A DNA stretch of 64,000 nt from Pavona decussata (taxonomy: Eukaryota), in the NCBI GenBank assembly GCA_977016875.1, contig CDRNST010000067.1, positions 1,674,001-1,738,000 on the forward strand. The letters run 5' to 3'. The position numbers and the translations under genes are program-made. Shown piece by piece: positions 1-11,682 of the stretch (its first letter is position 1; each line of letters opens with the position of its first letter). The notes under the pieces were generated by a model. The model did not search any database. It was not told where the DNA came from and saw nothing but the letters and a program-made list of their open reading frames with translations.

Positions 1-1231
1 TTTCTCGATGACCTTGACTTTCTGCAAGTTGGCGGAAGACTAGAAAAATCCACCTTGCTGTTCGAACTAAAGCACCCGATCATCTAACCAAGAAGTTCTC
101 ACATCACCGACCTGATAATTGGTCATTTTCACAACAAGGTGAGACATCAAGGACAAGGAGTGAAAATGAATGAGATTCGTTCTGATGTACTATGGGTCCA
201 AGGTCTTTCCGCCGCAGTATCCTCAAACATCCATAAATGTGTGCGATGTAGACGTCAAGGGAGATCAACTAAAGGTCAAAAGATGGCTGATCTCTCTCGG
301 GATGGATTGTTTTGGTCCATTTATCGTCAGAGAAGGACGCAAAGATTTGAAGAGATATGGAGTAATATTCAACTGCATGAGCTCTCACCCAGTACACATA
401 GAAGAGTTGGATGACATGACCACCGATGCCTTCATAAACGCATTAAGGTGCTTCATTGGCATCTGAGGACCTGTTCAGCAGCTAAGGTCTGATCAAGGAT
501 CAAACTTTGTAGGAGCAAGAAACGAACTGGCAAGTGCCCTAAAGAAGCTAGACAGCTACAAGATTAAATCATATCTCACGAAGTATTGCTGTGATTTCAT
601 CATGAATGTTCCGTACTCAAGTCATCGGGGAGGAGTATGGGAAAGGCAAATAAGGACAACCAGAAGCATCCTCAATAATATTCTCAACGATTTCAAGGGA
701 AGTCTTGACACATCATCTCTTAGCACCTTTTTCTATGAAGTTATGGCGATCATCAATAGCCGCCCATTGACCTGCCAAACCCTGAATGACCCAAAGAGTT
801 TAGAGCCTCTAACTCCAAATCATCTTTTGACCATGAAGAACAAGTTAATCTCCCCACGACCAGGAAATTTCGTCCAAGAAGATATCTACGCCTGAAAGCG
901 ATGGCGAAAGGTACAATATCTTGCAGAGCAGTTTTGGGGTAGATGGCAAAAAGAGTATCTTCTCACCTTAAATTCAAGGCAAAAATGGTCAGTACCAAGA
1001 AATCTGAAAATTGGAGATATCGTCATTGTGCAACATGAAACCTCACGAAATGAGTAGCCCCTTGGCAAGATTTTGGAGAGAACGCCAGATAAAGATCGTC
1101 TCGTTCGCTTGGTCAGAATCAAGCTAGGAGTTAAAGGTTCCGAGAAGGAGAGAAACAATTCCCAATCATCTGTAATCGAAACGCCTATCCAGAAAGAGGT
1201 TCTTCTCTTAGAAGGGGCCGATCCAAATTAA
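1..1231 (+). pseudogene. BEL/Pao LTR retrotransposon pol C-terminus (integrase + DUF5641-like tail), frameshifted and with stops
   Basis: Broken ORFs read GMDCFGPF..RYGVIFNC..VHIE..TTDAFINALRCF, RSDQGSNFVGA, HRGGVWERQIR, INSRPLT..PLTPNHLL, RWRKVQYLAEQFWGRWQKEYL and end PIQKEVLLLE..TAA at 1229-1231. All are characteristic of BEL/Pao integrase. Confidence 0.93.
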
Positions 1232-1316
1232 AGGAGTTTCGAATCGTTTACCATGGTTTCTTTCTCAGTGATATCATGAAAGTTCCCTCAGATAATCATT
1301 AATAATTTGGTGGGAG

Positions 1317-2082
1317 TGTAGCTACCGCAAGAAACCGTGAGAGTCAGGGCATTTGTTTATATTGTTTTCGTTTCATCAACTTGCTATTTGTTTAAGAAAA
1401 GCAGGTAATTTATTTTAGGAATCAGGTTATTTAAGTAACGGTTTTCCATAAGTAATGTTTTCAGTCTCTCGTACAACTATCTAGGAGTTTCTAGAGAGTG
1501 CGTAATTTAAATAGCGCACGCTCTTATCGATCACGACACAATCACGACAGGGCACGCGACAGTGCAAGTCAAGTAAAACGTCAAACTGTTTTTAGTTTTT
1601 CATCACAAGTCACAAGTTCAAGAGGTTAATTAAGTCCAAGTCAAGTTTAAGTTTTAAGTGCAAGAAGTACGGCTAGGGATGAGCAAGGACGCTAAAGTAC
1701 GGCTAGGGATGAGGAAGGACGGTTAAGTATGGCAACAGTTGCTTGATTATGCTTAAGTATGTATTAGGACCATTGAGACGCTCAGACTGAATATATTCTT
1801 GAAACGGCTAGCCCAAGGAAGCTCATGATAATAGAGCACAAATGTGTAATTCTCCTGCTTACAAAGCAGTATTGTATTAAAAGATGGGATTTCAAAGGGT
1901 AGAGCGATTGCAGAATACGTCGCCCATTTCGAAGGGCACAAATCCCTTGCTCCTTCAGTCGATCAATAAATTAGTATAAGTTAGTGCAAAGGCCGGTCCT
2001 CCAGTCCACGAATAAATTAGTCTAAGTTAGTAAAACTGTAAGTCCTGCAGTCGACTTGCATGTTCTTAGAATGAGCCATACA
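1317..2082 (+). mobile_element. Probable 3' LTR of the BEL/Pao element
   Basis: A purine-rich tract GGTGGGAG directly precedes TGTAGCT at 1317. There is a TATA-like TTTAAATAG near 1507 and AATAAA signals near 1966 and 2012, and the region ends ...GAGCCATACA. The right boundary is inferred because no second LTR is in the window. Confidence 0.6.
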
Positions 2083-2304
2083 TTTATTTATCAGTTCCTA
2101 CATGTGACTGCCTGACTGAGGGAATGGAGGAGCAGTGGTTTAACTTGAAAGTTAAGTGGGCTGGGTGTTCTGTAATTCAGCCCAAAGTGTTTGCATGTGA
2201 ACGTGGCGGTTTTGTTCTAGAGGGTATAAAATCAAAAGTTTGTGAATGAAGTTTACTTATCCCTTTGTTGTGTTTTATTTTTTGCTGTTGTTCCACTTCT
2301 CTTG

Positions 2305-2383
2305 TAGCCTGCGAATGTAGACGTATTTCCAGCTTTTGTGTCAGGCTAAAAAAAGCCGTAAATACATCTGTGTTTGGAGGCTA
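2305..2383. mobile_element. 79-bp non-autonomous AcademH-type MITE
   Basis: Termini TAGCCTGCGAA...TTTGGAGGCTA (TAG..CTA, imperfect TIR) with a perfect 9-bp direct repeat CTTCTCTTG on both sides (2296-2304 and 2384-2392). Confidence 0.8.
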
Positions 2384-2557
2384 CTTCTCTTGCCACTTTA
2401 AAGTGATTTGTGCGAGCTAGGGTTATTTGAGTTTCCACTGCTTCCCGAAGAAGTAGCAATCCAGTTATTGAAGCAGTGGTGTTTTAGCAGTTCTTGGGTG
2501 TGCAGAAAGGCAGGAGGGGGGTGGAGGTTGGGGGTCTAGTTTTTGTAACTTAACCCT

Positions 2558-3230
2558 ACCTTACAAGTTTATGGTTTCCGTCAATACGCCAAAGGGCAAG
2601 CGGTAAATACACCTTGTAATTCCTTCTGTAAACACTGTTGACTGTTAAGGCCCAAAGTAGAACCCCCCTCTGGTTAAACTCGTCTCATGGACTCCCTGAT
2701 CCGAACCTGCTGGACTCTTACACCTTTGCTTAAGCGAGCACCAGTCATTCAACTGTAAGCATTTGAAGGAAAAATTTCACAAAATGTCCTCTATGGTACA
2801 GTCCAGGGTTTGATCATTGATGACCATGAAGAATTGTGTGGAAGAAAGACCAAACTCTTGTAATTGCCTCTCTGTTGTTGGCACACTAATCCCCAGGATT
2901 TGCGCTACGTCTGGAAGGAAGAAACCTCTTTCCAACAAAAATTCTATCTGGTCTCTTGACGTATCAAATTTTGGTCGTCCATGGCCTCCATGCTAAACCT
3001 GCTCAGTTCTGTACGAGTCAGGAGCTCCATTCTGGTGAACTAAAATCTGCAGCAGATCCTTACTGTTGCGAACAAAGCTGATAAGCTGATTACTGACAGA
3101 GTCGTAAACTCTCAGATAACGCACTAGGGAATTATACAACCAATCAATGCGATACAAAACACTATCAATATGATCTGATCATCCGCTGCTTTCTCTCTCA
3201 TAAGGGCTGATAACAACCGCCACATGAATA
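2558..3230 (-). pseudogene. IS3EU-type (integrase-core) DNA transposase, first exon remnant
   Basis: The minus strand reads GRPKFDTSRDQIEFLLERGFFLPDVAQILGISVPTTERQLQEFGL (HTH) and YRRNYKVYLPLALWRIDGNHKLVR, followed by a GT donor. This matches the WHIDGNHKL motif of eukaryotic IS3-like transposases. Frameshifted; the 5' boundary is approximate. Confidence 0.8.
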
Positions 3231-3374
3231 CCTCTGGATGCTCACTGTTGTTCTGCTACCTTGACTGAATAAATTCATTTTGCGCGGCAAATAAATAACA
3301 ACACCATAAAACCAGGCCTAGCCTGGCTGTACTAGGTACCTACTCGTGTGCGCAGTGACAGACAGGACACAACC

Positions 3375-3541
3375 AAATTTGGTTTTTCCGAATTTGATGT
3401 CACAGGATATAATTTGTTTTTTTCTGAATTTGATGTCACAGGATATAATTTGTTTTTTCTAAATTTGATGTCCCAGGATCGATAGAATTTTTTTCCAAAT
3501 TTGATGTCACAGCATAGAATTTGAGGCAGAGCATCAACATA
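3375..3541 (-). repeat. About 36-bp tandem subterminal repeats and probable terminus of the IS3EU element
   Basis: Four copies of AATTTGATGTC(A/C)CAG(G/C)AT.. lie upstream of the transposase. The minus strand starts TATGTTGATG at 3541, resembling the TAYGG terminus of IS3EU. Confidence 0.65.
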
Positions 3542-3662
3542 CTTAGGCTTTAGATACAATTTAGTATTATGAATTTCTTATTGTAAGCGCCTTGACTAAT
3601 TGATTAACTTCTTTTTCAAATTTATGCAACGCTTGATATATTTTTTATCAAATGAATAAAGA

Positions 3663-3717
3663 CATTATGATTATGATTATTATGATTATGATTATGATTA
3701 TTATTATTATTATTATT
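3663..3717. repeat. (TGATTA)n/(TTA)n microsatellite
   Basis: Directly visible simple repeat. Confidence 0.9.
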
Positions 3718-4923
3718 TCACCTGTTTGGTCAGAGAAAAAAAGCATTGGAATTTAGACTGCCTGACCGGTAATAATTATCGTTGAGGGGTGGCGGTATTG
3801 TTAAAATAAGAAAACAAATAGTTCCTACTATATTTTTTAAGGTTAACGCAGCACTAAGAATATAAACAAGAAAACAATAACTTCGATTGTTTTAATCTCC
3901 AAAATCAGCAGTTTGGCGCCCTTTTTATGTGACTATTACAAAAGGCAAGCAAAAGGTCATGTATAAGTATGGTAGAAAGTATCTTCCAACCCAAAAGATA
4001 ATTAATATAAATGTCAGGGGAAAAGGACACCCATTTCAATGCCAGCTGAACATCCCATGTTCTCGGTATCTTTTGGAAGGTTGCTGAAATTTCGAAGTGT
4101 ATTTCTCAGTGCTTGCCATCCCTTGTTTCCTTTGTTTTGGTGCGTCTGTCACTTTTGAGAATAAATTCTATTGCTCATACTACTTTTCTAAGTGGTGAAA
4201 AAAATCGTAAGACCAATCAGAAGCCATATATATTTTTCACTTGCAGAAAAAATCTTATCACGTTTTCTCACCTCACATAAGAACATAAGAAATCCAGATA
4301 AGCATGAATGGTATTTACCACTTCGCCAGACAGACTACCTTTTATTATTATAAAACAATGTACATTTGATGAGTGAAACTAATTAAAGAACAGCAATAAT
4401 TTATTAATAACAACGTACTTAAAATTGGTATATTGTTTTTTGCAGTTTTACTGGACTTTAAGGCATTGTATCTACTGCTTGTCAAGGGCGATGATGACAA
4501 TTTCAAACTTGGCAAACAAGGATTGATGTTCAGTTCTGTTTTATCGCAATCCCATAAGGGTATATAGATTATTTAACTTAGAAGGTATGGGTTTTAACAT
4601 TGTTTGCATTATGGTAGTTGTTAGTTGTACAGTATACACAAAGTAATGAAAATGTTGCATCAGGAAGGCAGTGTACATGTAGAGTGCTGGATTTCAAATC
4701 TACATTTTGAAATATTTCACCCAACCACTAGCTGGATTTGTTTCAAGTTCTACTCCTTGACTGTGTTATGTAAATGGGCAACTGGCGAGCTTTCTACCAT
4801 TTGGAATTTTGCATAGCTTTTTTTAATTCCCAGTATTTGTTTGTTCATTTATAGTGTCCCCAATTAGCCCATCAGCGTTAAATCCAAAGGATACATTTAT
4901 GTATGTACAGTAGCGCCAGAATC

Positions 4924-5073
4924 TGTTGGTAGGACTGTTGTAATCGGTCAGCGGTGTTGCGCAGGAGAACGAGTGTGAGTTGTGTGTAGAAAACATGGCC
5001 AACAGCCTGAATAAAGTATGATCGTTGTGTTAGCCAAGTTGTTCCTGTTCGTGCCTGTATCGGCTGGTCAACA
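4924..5073 (+). repeat. Gypsy 5' LTR (150 bp)
   Basis: Near-identical direct repeat of 8512-8662, with TG..CA ends and an internal AATAAA. Confidence 0.97.
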
Positions 5074-5086
5074 TGGTACCAGGAGT
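5074..5086 (+). promoter_or_regulatory. Primer-binding site, probably for tRNA-Leu(UAA)
   Basis: TGGTACCAGGAGT immediately follows the 5' LTR. It is complementary to the ...ACTCCTGGTA-CCA 3' end of metazoan tRNA-Leu(UAA), recalled from memory. Confidence 0.75.
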
Positions 5087-5234
5087 AGACGAACCTTCGC
5101 CTGAAATTTACTGTGAGTTTTAGTTGTCCTGTTTAGACTGTATGTCATCGAACTGTGATTGCAATCGTTCGATAAGTTCCCGCCATTTTGTTGTCAAGTT
5201 GGTTCTTTCCATTATCGTCGTGTTTGCTGTTATA

Positions 5235-8200
5235 ATGGCGGGCACACCGGTCGGTTTTCCGGTCCCTCAGATGCAAGAAGGTTTTGACGATCGAGAAGCT
5301 CTAGATTGTTTTATTTTAGACTACATTGATTACTGTACGGTGATGGGATGGTTCGTTCCAAAAGCTGGCTGCAAATACGCCTCTGGCAGCAAAGCAGGAG
5401 TGGCTCGGTGGAAAAATTCGGATTTGTGTATGGTTTGTGCTACGCTTCCGCCGAGGATGAAGAGACTAATAAACCCAAGCAACAAGACTCTTGGTTTATC
5501 GGTCACCAAGGCCATTGTCCTGGATGTTTTCAAGGATGTTCATACAGGGCTAGGAACTTTGGGTCCGCCTTTGCACATCTCCATGAACCCTAATGTGACT
5601 CCAGTTCAAGCCCATCCCCATCGGTGCCCTGTAGCTAAGGAGCCCAAAGTAGCAGAGGCAATACGGGACATGGAAAAACAGGGTATTTTAAAGAAAGTTA
5701 CTGAGCCCACTGCGTGGATCTCTAACAGTGTCTACAGAGAAAAACCAGATGGTACCTTACGTGTTTGTATTGACCCCAGTCAAACTATAAATAAAGCTAT
5801 TGAAGTCCCAAAGTACCCAATTCCAACCGTTGATGAGTTACTGCCAAAATTGAGCAACGCAAAGATTTTTTCCTGTGTGGATGTGTACAAAGGATTCACT
5901 AACATTGTGCTGGATGAGAGTTCTTCATTTTTAACTACCATGCACACCCCAATAGGAAGATACCGTTGGTTGCGTATGCCGTTTGGTGCAAGTTTGGGCC
6001 CAGAAGAGTATCAGCAAAGGCAACACGAAGCGCTGGAGGGCTTGAAAGGTGTTGTTAACAAGGCAGATGACATCTTAGTCTTTGGAAGTGGAGAAACTGT
6101 CGAGGAGGCAGAAAAGGATCATGACATGAACTTATGGAACTTAATGTTGCGCTGCAAAGAAGTAAACCTTAAGTTAAACCCTAAGAAATTTCAATTCAAA
6201 GTCAAGCAAGTTACCTGGATGGGACATCTCCTCAGTGGCGATGGCATTTCCCCACATCCTGATCGTGTCCAAGCCATTGTTGACATGGACCCTCCTAAAG
6301 ATGTTAAGGGGGTTCAACGTTTCGTGGGTATGTGCAACTATTTGTCACGGTTCACACCAAATCTTGCTGAAATTGTGAAGCCACTTACAGAGCTAACGCA
6401 CGTCAACACAGTCTGGTCATGGTCCTCGCGGCATGACCAAGCCTTCAGAGAAGCCAAACGTGTCATGGCAAATGCAACGACGTTGAAGTTTTTTGATGTG
6501 AACAAACCATGTGTGTTACAAGTGGATACCAGTGACACAGGCTTGGGAGGAGCATTGTTACAAGAGGGACAACCTGTGGCTTTCACCAGCTCCACATTGT
6601 CAGCCACTGAAATAAACTATGCTCCTATTGAAAAAGAGTGTTTGGCCATCAAAGTAGCATGCACCAAGTTCTATCAGTACCTGTATGGCAAGCAAGATGT
6701 TGTCGTCCATTCAGACCACCAACCGCTTGAAACTATTTTCAAGAAACCATTGAGTAGTGCCCCCAAGCGCTTGCAGCGCATGATGCTTCAGCTTCAGTCA
6801 TTCAAGTTCACAGTAGTATACAAGAAGGGCAAGTACATGTACTTGGCAGATACTTTGTCAAGAGCTGCTTTGATGCAGCCTGCACCCTATGGCACCCAAG
6901 AGGAAGTGTTTCAGTGTTACTCAGGGGATACTCAAGAGTTGTTCAGAGCAGAGCTTGAGTCCCTAGAACTAGATTCCCCCGAAATGCAGTCAAGTACTTT
7001 AGAGGAAATCAGAGTGGCAACACAAGGTGACCGTATGCTGTCTGTCCTTTGTCAGTTTGTGGCTCATGGCTGGCCAGCTGAAAAATCCCATGTTCCAACA
7101 GCGCTCTGTCATTATTACTCATGCCGGGATGAGCTTGCAGTATATCATGGTGTTTTGTACAAGTCCCATAAGGTCGTCATTCCTCTGCAATTACAGTCTA
7201 CTATGGTGAGAAAACTTCACCAAGGCCACCAGGGTGGTGAAAGTATGGTGCGTCGAGCCCGAGAAGTGATGTATTGGCCTGGAATGCGAGCAGCGATTCT
7301 TCAACAAAGTGCCAACTGTTCTGTGTGTGCTAGCTACAGTTCATCATTGCCGAAAGAACCGATGTTGTCTCATGAAATTCCACATGGCCCTTGGAAGTTT
7401 ATCTCACAAGACCTGTTCAAGCAAGGAGGACGGTGGTATGCTGTTACTGTAGACCACTACAGTGACTGGTTTGAAGTTGAACTACTAAATGAGGACATCA
7501 CTGCGGCACATGTTATTTCAATTACAAAAGCACACTTTGCCTGTTATGGTGTTCCAGATAAGTTTCTGTCAGACAATGGGCCCCAGTATGTCTCTCAAGA
7601 GTTTGCGAATTTTCCCAAGGCTTATGATTTTCAGTTGATCACCTGATCGCCGTATTATGCAAGAGCCACCGGTAAAGCAGAATCTGCGGTAAAAGAAGCT
7701 AAAAAGATGCTGAAAAAATCTGACCTGCTTACTGGTCTTTTAGAGCACAGAAATACACCGCCTCAGGGTATGACCTTCTCCCCAGCACAGAGGTTCCTTT
7801 GTCGTCGAACAAAGTAAGTCTGCCTGTGTCTGAATCATTGTTACGCCAGTCTGTGCCACCAGTGACAGTGGTGCGCGAAGAGCATCTTGACAGAAGAGCT
7901 AAAGCAAAATCCTACTATGACAAAACTGCGAGTAAGGAGCTAGCACCGCTGGTTCCTCGGCAATTCGTTTACAGCAAACCCAATGATCATCACCGGGGTG
8001 AAAGGTGGAATTTTGGAGAGGTCTTAAATGAAGTCACACCACGCTCGTACCTCATTAAAACGCCAGAGGGATTGGTTCGACGGAATAGAACCCACCTAAG
8101 ACATGCTGAGGCTTCGCTTTCATGTAATCAGCAACCTCTTGCACCACAGGCCGTGCCCGCTGTCGTACAGCAAGAAGTGCCCACTTCAGACAGCCCTGTT

Positions 8201-8338
8201 GTTTCCGTTCCTACACCAGTTGAAGCAGTGCCGACCACTGATCATTCAGTTGGATCCACACCTTCAGCAGTTGAAAGTCCAATGCAAAAGTCTCGTTATG
8301 GTCGACCAATGCGCCCACCGCAGAGGCTGGACCTTTGA
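5235..8338 (+). pseudogene. Gypsy gag(N-terminus)-pol: RT, RNase H, integrase
   Basis: The 840-aa ORF has LRVCIDP, RMPFG, KADDILV (RT), LQVDTSDTGLGG / YAPIEKE / SDHQPL (RNase H), H-x3-H...CSVC and VDHYSDW..SDNGPQY (integrase). A premature TGA at 7644-7646 precedes SPYYARATGKAE, and there is a frameshift near 7810. Confidence 0.93.
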
Positions 8339-8511
8339 CACTGAACAGTAAATGCTTGAAAATGCTGAGCGAGACACAACTCGAATTGTTAACTAACGTT
8401 GCTTGTTCCTGTTAGAATTTTTTTTTTATTTATTTTCTCTTTGTTTGTTTGTTTTTTTTCTTTTGTCCAGAAACATATTAAGGCATAATAGTTTCTTTTG
8501 AAAAGGCGGGA

Positions 8512-8662
8512 TGTTGGTACGACTGCTGTAATCGGTCAGCGGATTTTGCGCAGGAGAACGAGTGTGAGTTGTGTGTAGAAAACATGGCCAACAGCCTGAA
8601 TAAAGTATGATCGTTGTGTTAGCCAAGTTGTTCCTGTTCGTGCCTGTATCGGCTGGTCAACA
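8512..8662 (+). repeat. Gypsy 3' LTR (151 bp)
   Basis: Direct repeat of the 5' LTR, preceded by the PPT. Confidence 0.97.
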
Positions 8663-9119
8663 AATCCATATGCATATTGGTTTCATCTCGGTTTTGTCTC
8701 ATGCTTGTTAGTACCTTGGGCCAGTGCTGATCCCCCTGGAATGGGATGGAAGCTCATTGAAGGACTAACCCCAGCATTAAATTCAAGGGTTGTGTCTGCT
8801 GCCTATTTATTTGCTTAATGATATCAACTATTAACATAGTGGAAACCTAGCCTGTTAATACAGCCATTACCTGGCCATAAATATCTTTGGATAAATAGGG
8901 TATTCAGATAAAAAAAAAAGCTGGAGACACTTGGGCCGAGAGGAATTCAGCTGTAATTATGTGCAGATGATAAACCTGGTTCTACTTGTAGGTGCAAAAT
9001 ATTCTATTTTTAAAGGAACATTTTGTTCTGTACATTTCTTGAGTGTGAAAAGTAATTTTGATATTTAAAAGTTCCCCATGCAGTGATGGCTAGCTCTGAT
9101 TCATAAGTATCCCTTGTAA

Positions 9120-10925
9120 TGTTTGTCCAGCTGAGCGGGTCTTGTTGCTGAAACCTGGAAGTAAAGTTATGCTGCTGTGGAATAAGTCGCAAAGTTTTCC
9201 GAATGGCTCGCAAGGTTGTTAAAGAGGGAAACCAAGACCAAAACATCCAGAAATGGAGATGCTGTTGGAAGCCATACCCAGATTCCCCTCTGTTTAATGA
9301 GTGGAGTTACCTGCCACAAGTCACAAGGACTTACCCTTCCTTCAGCAGTAATTCACTGCACGAAGGAATCCGTCCCTGGTCTTATCTTTGTTTCCATGAC
9401 TAGGGTTAAGTCAGCCAATCACCTCAAAATCATAGATTTTAATCAGCGTCAGGAGTTGCTTCCAGTCACAGAGTGCATTAATGTTAGTGAGTATCATGAA
9501 GGAATTTCTGAATGTGGCCCTGAATTTTATCGCAAGAAAGTTCTCAGTGAGGAAAACTTGAGGATTGTTGACGGTTTTGAGCTTCCCAATGATGAAGCAC
9601 CGGGGTATGATAGTATGGAAGTTGCTACCACCACAGAAAACCTTGTGAAGTCTTATTTTGAAAGAGCTGATCCGCCTGATGACATGGCTGTGGATTTACA
9701 AACTGTCCACATGATTATGACTGAAGAAATAAATAGTGACTTTCACATGCACCTTCCACCAACATTCAGCATTGATTCCCTCCTGAACAGATTGCTTGTA
9801 GAAGATCCTGATTATGACTTTACCACTAAAAAAACATTGTTATCAATGACATCAATAGCAATCAAGACAAGGGAATTTTAGGAATGATTCTTTGGAGTCG
9901 AGGATGTCAAACTATCCTTGAAAAAACTCACCCAAATGAAGTGAAAATTTCCAGCAAAAAGTGGACCAGTGACACAAGAGATCTTTTCCTGCTAATCACC
10001 AGATCACAAGTATACATGCAGAACTTGGAACTGCTCTTTGGTACCAAGCCCTTGAATGCATACCAATCAGCTGTTGGAGCTCGAATAATGATTGAAGTGA
10101 ACAAGGAGGTATTAAAGAGTGTTGCTGACATAGTGCAAGAAAGAGCCATCAGAGCTGATCCATTTTGATGTCGATGGTATGCCTAGAGAGGGTCTGGCTA
10201 AAATTCGTCACATTGGTGCATTGGCGATTTGCAAGGTTATCAAAAATCATAAAAAATATGTTAGAGTGAACATGACATGAACCAATAAGGCAACACGTAC
10301 ATCAGCTATCAGACGTCATGAAATCAGCAGCCTGATGGAGAAACACCTGATAGGAAATTATGAAACACTATCAGCAGCAACTCAGTATCCTCAAACTTTA
10401 ATGGTGACGGAGGATTGTCAAATTCGCAACAGAGGACTGTCACACATCAAAGTCTCCGCTTAATGAATTTTTTTAGAAACTGCGATTGTACGAGCCAATT
10501 TTCTAAACGATCAGCAACTGGCTTTGCACCATGAAAACCTCCTAGATCAAACTGAATTAGCAAAGCAATGAAACAATATGCTAACCTTAAAGAGAAATGG
10601 ATGACCTGTTTTCCTTAAGAGGAGGTAGATGCCAAGTTGGTAAGTTTGTTTTTAGATCAAGCAGACACAACTTTTATTTAGCTAACATCATAAATTAAAT
10701 TATTGTTTTGATACTCAAACATTAAAAGGGATGTACAAGTTTTATTGAGTAATAACATGTATCAAACTTATATAATTTTTATTGCTTAATTATAAATGTT
10801 GAAAATGGCTCTATTTTTCCACAGGATTTGCAGGATTTGATCACACAGGCCTTTGTGGATGTGATTGGCAAGTCCATAATGGTGGGAGCTGGTCAATTTA
10901 TGCGGGACTATCGCAGAGAGCACAG
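9120..10925 (+). pseudogene. PIF1-like SF1B helicase C-terminal half fused to a long unrecognised domain, degraded
   Basis: CPAERVLLLKPGSKVMLLWN..PNGSQG (2B domain), QIPLCL..VTCHKSQGLTL (motif V) and GLIFVSMTRVKS (motif VI), followed by several hundred codons of broken ORF and a spliced exon at about 10826-10925. Confidence 0.8.
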
Positions 10926-11399
10926 GTACGTACATAATATAGATATGTCCTGATTTAAATTCATCTTTGATTTAAATTTTTTCAAACCAGTTTGATTTTT
11001 ATTTTCCATTTTTTTTCATTCATGTTAGGCTACAGCAGTAAGTGGAAAAATTTGTAGAAAGGGCTTTTTGCAAGGGCTAAGGCCTGAAGATCTACTTCCA
11101 CTCATAAAGGAAGTGCCAGAATGCCTCATTTGTACTACACCAATGAATTGCAGTCTCAAGTTAGTGTTGATGACAATCATGGCAGAGTTAAATTGAGGAT
11201 TTCTACAGCAAACTAGATATTGTACATGTAAGGTAAATTCATCAATTTTTTTTTTTGGGGGGGGGGGGGGGGGAGACTGGTCCTAGTGTCATGGCGGAAG
11301 GATGCCATTGAAAACACTCCGGTTCAAATATGGGCTTCTACACCTAATACTCAACACAACTCCTAACCGGGAGCCTGTTAGTTAGAAATTTGATCTGCT

Positions 11400-11682
11400 G
11401 GGAACAGGAGTAAGGTAAGTGGGAAGAAGAAGATCAAAACACGGGTAAAGTTCTTCAACAACCGATGAAAGTATGCCTGCTGCAAAGACGGCAGTTACCT
11501 AAGCAAAGAACTTAAGGACTCAATTGACTGTTTGAAAAAATTAGTCACCGACGGACTTGCAGAGTTACATGCAGAATTGGACAAGCTATGATATGAATTT
11601 AAAGTTGACATAAACGAGGTGAAATCTTTGATCCAAAAACTTGAAAATAGCATAGAATTTACTCAAGGTGAGGTTGACACCT
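11400..11682 (+). pseudogene. Probable LINE ORF1 coiled-coil fragment
   Basis: EVKSLIQKLENSIEFTQGEVDTL resembles non-LTR ORF1 coiled coils. It is cut abruptly by the TAG terminus at 11683. Confidence 0.45.

Larger units (their letters stand above)
4924..8662 (+). mobile_element. Ty3/Gypsy LTR retrotransposon with both LTRs, internally deleted
   Basis: LTRs at 4924-5073 and 8512-8662 (TGTTG..CAACA), 4-bp TSD AATC (4920-4923 and 8663-8666), PBS at 5074, PPT GAAAAGGCGGGA at 8500-8511, and domain order RT-RNaseH-integrase. Confidence 0.97.

Noticed and set aside
4445-4560. Possible RAG1/Transib-like exon (LLDFKALYLLL..LGKQG..FC)
   Set aside because: Too short and frameshifted, with no further motifs to support it.
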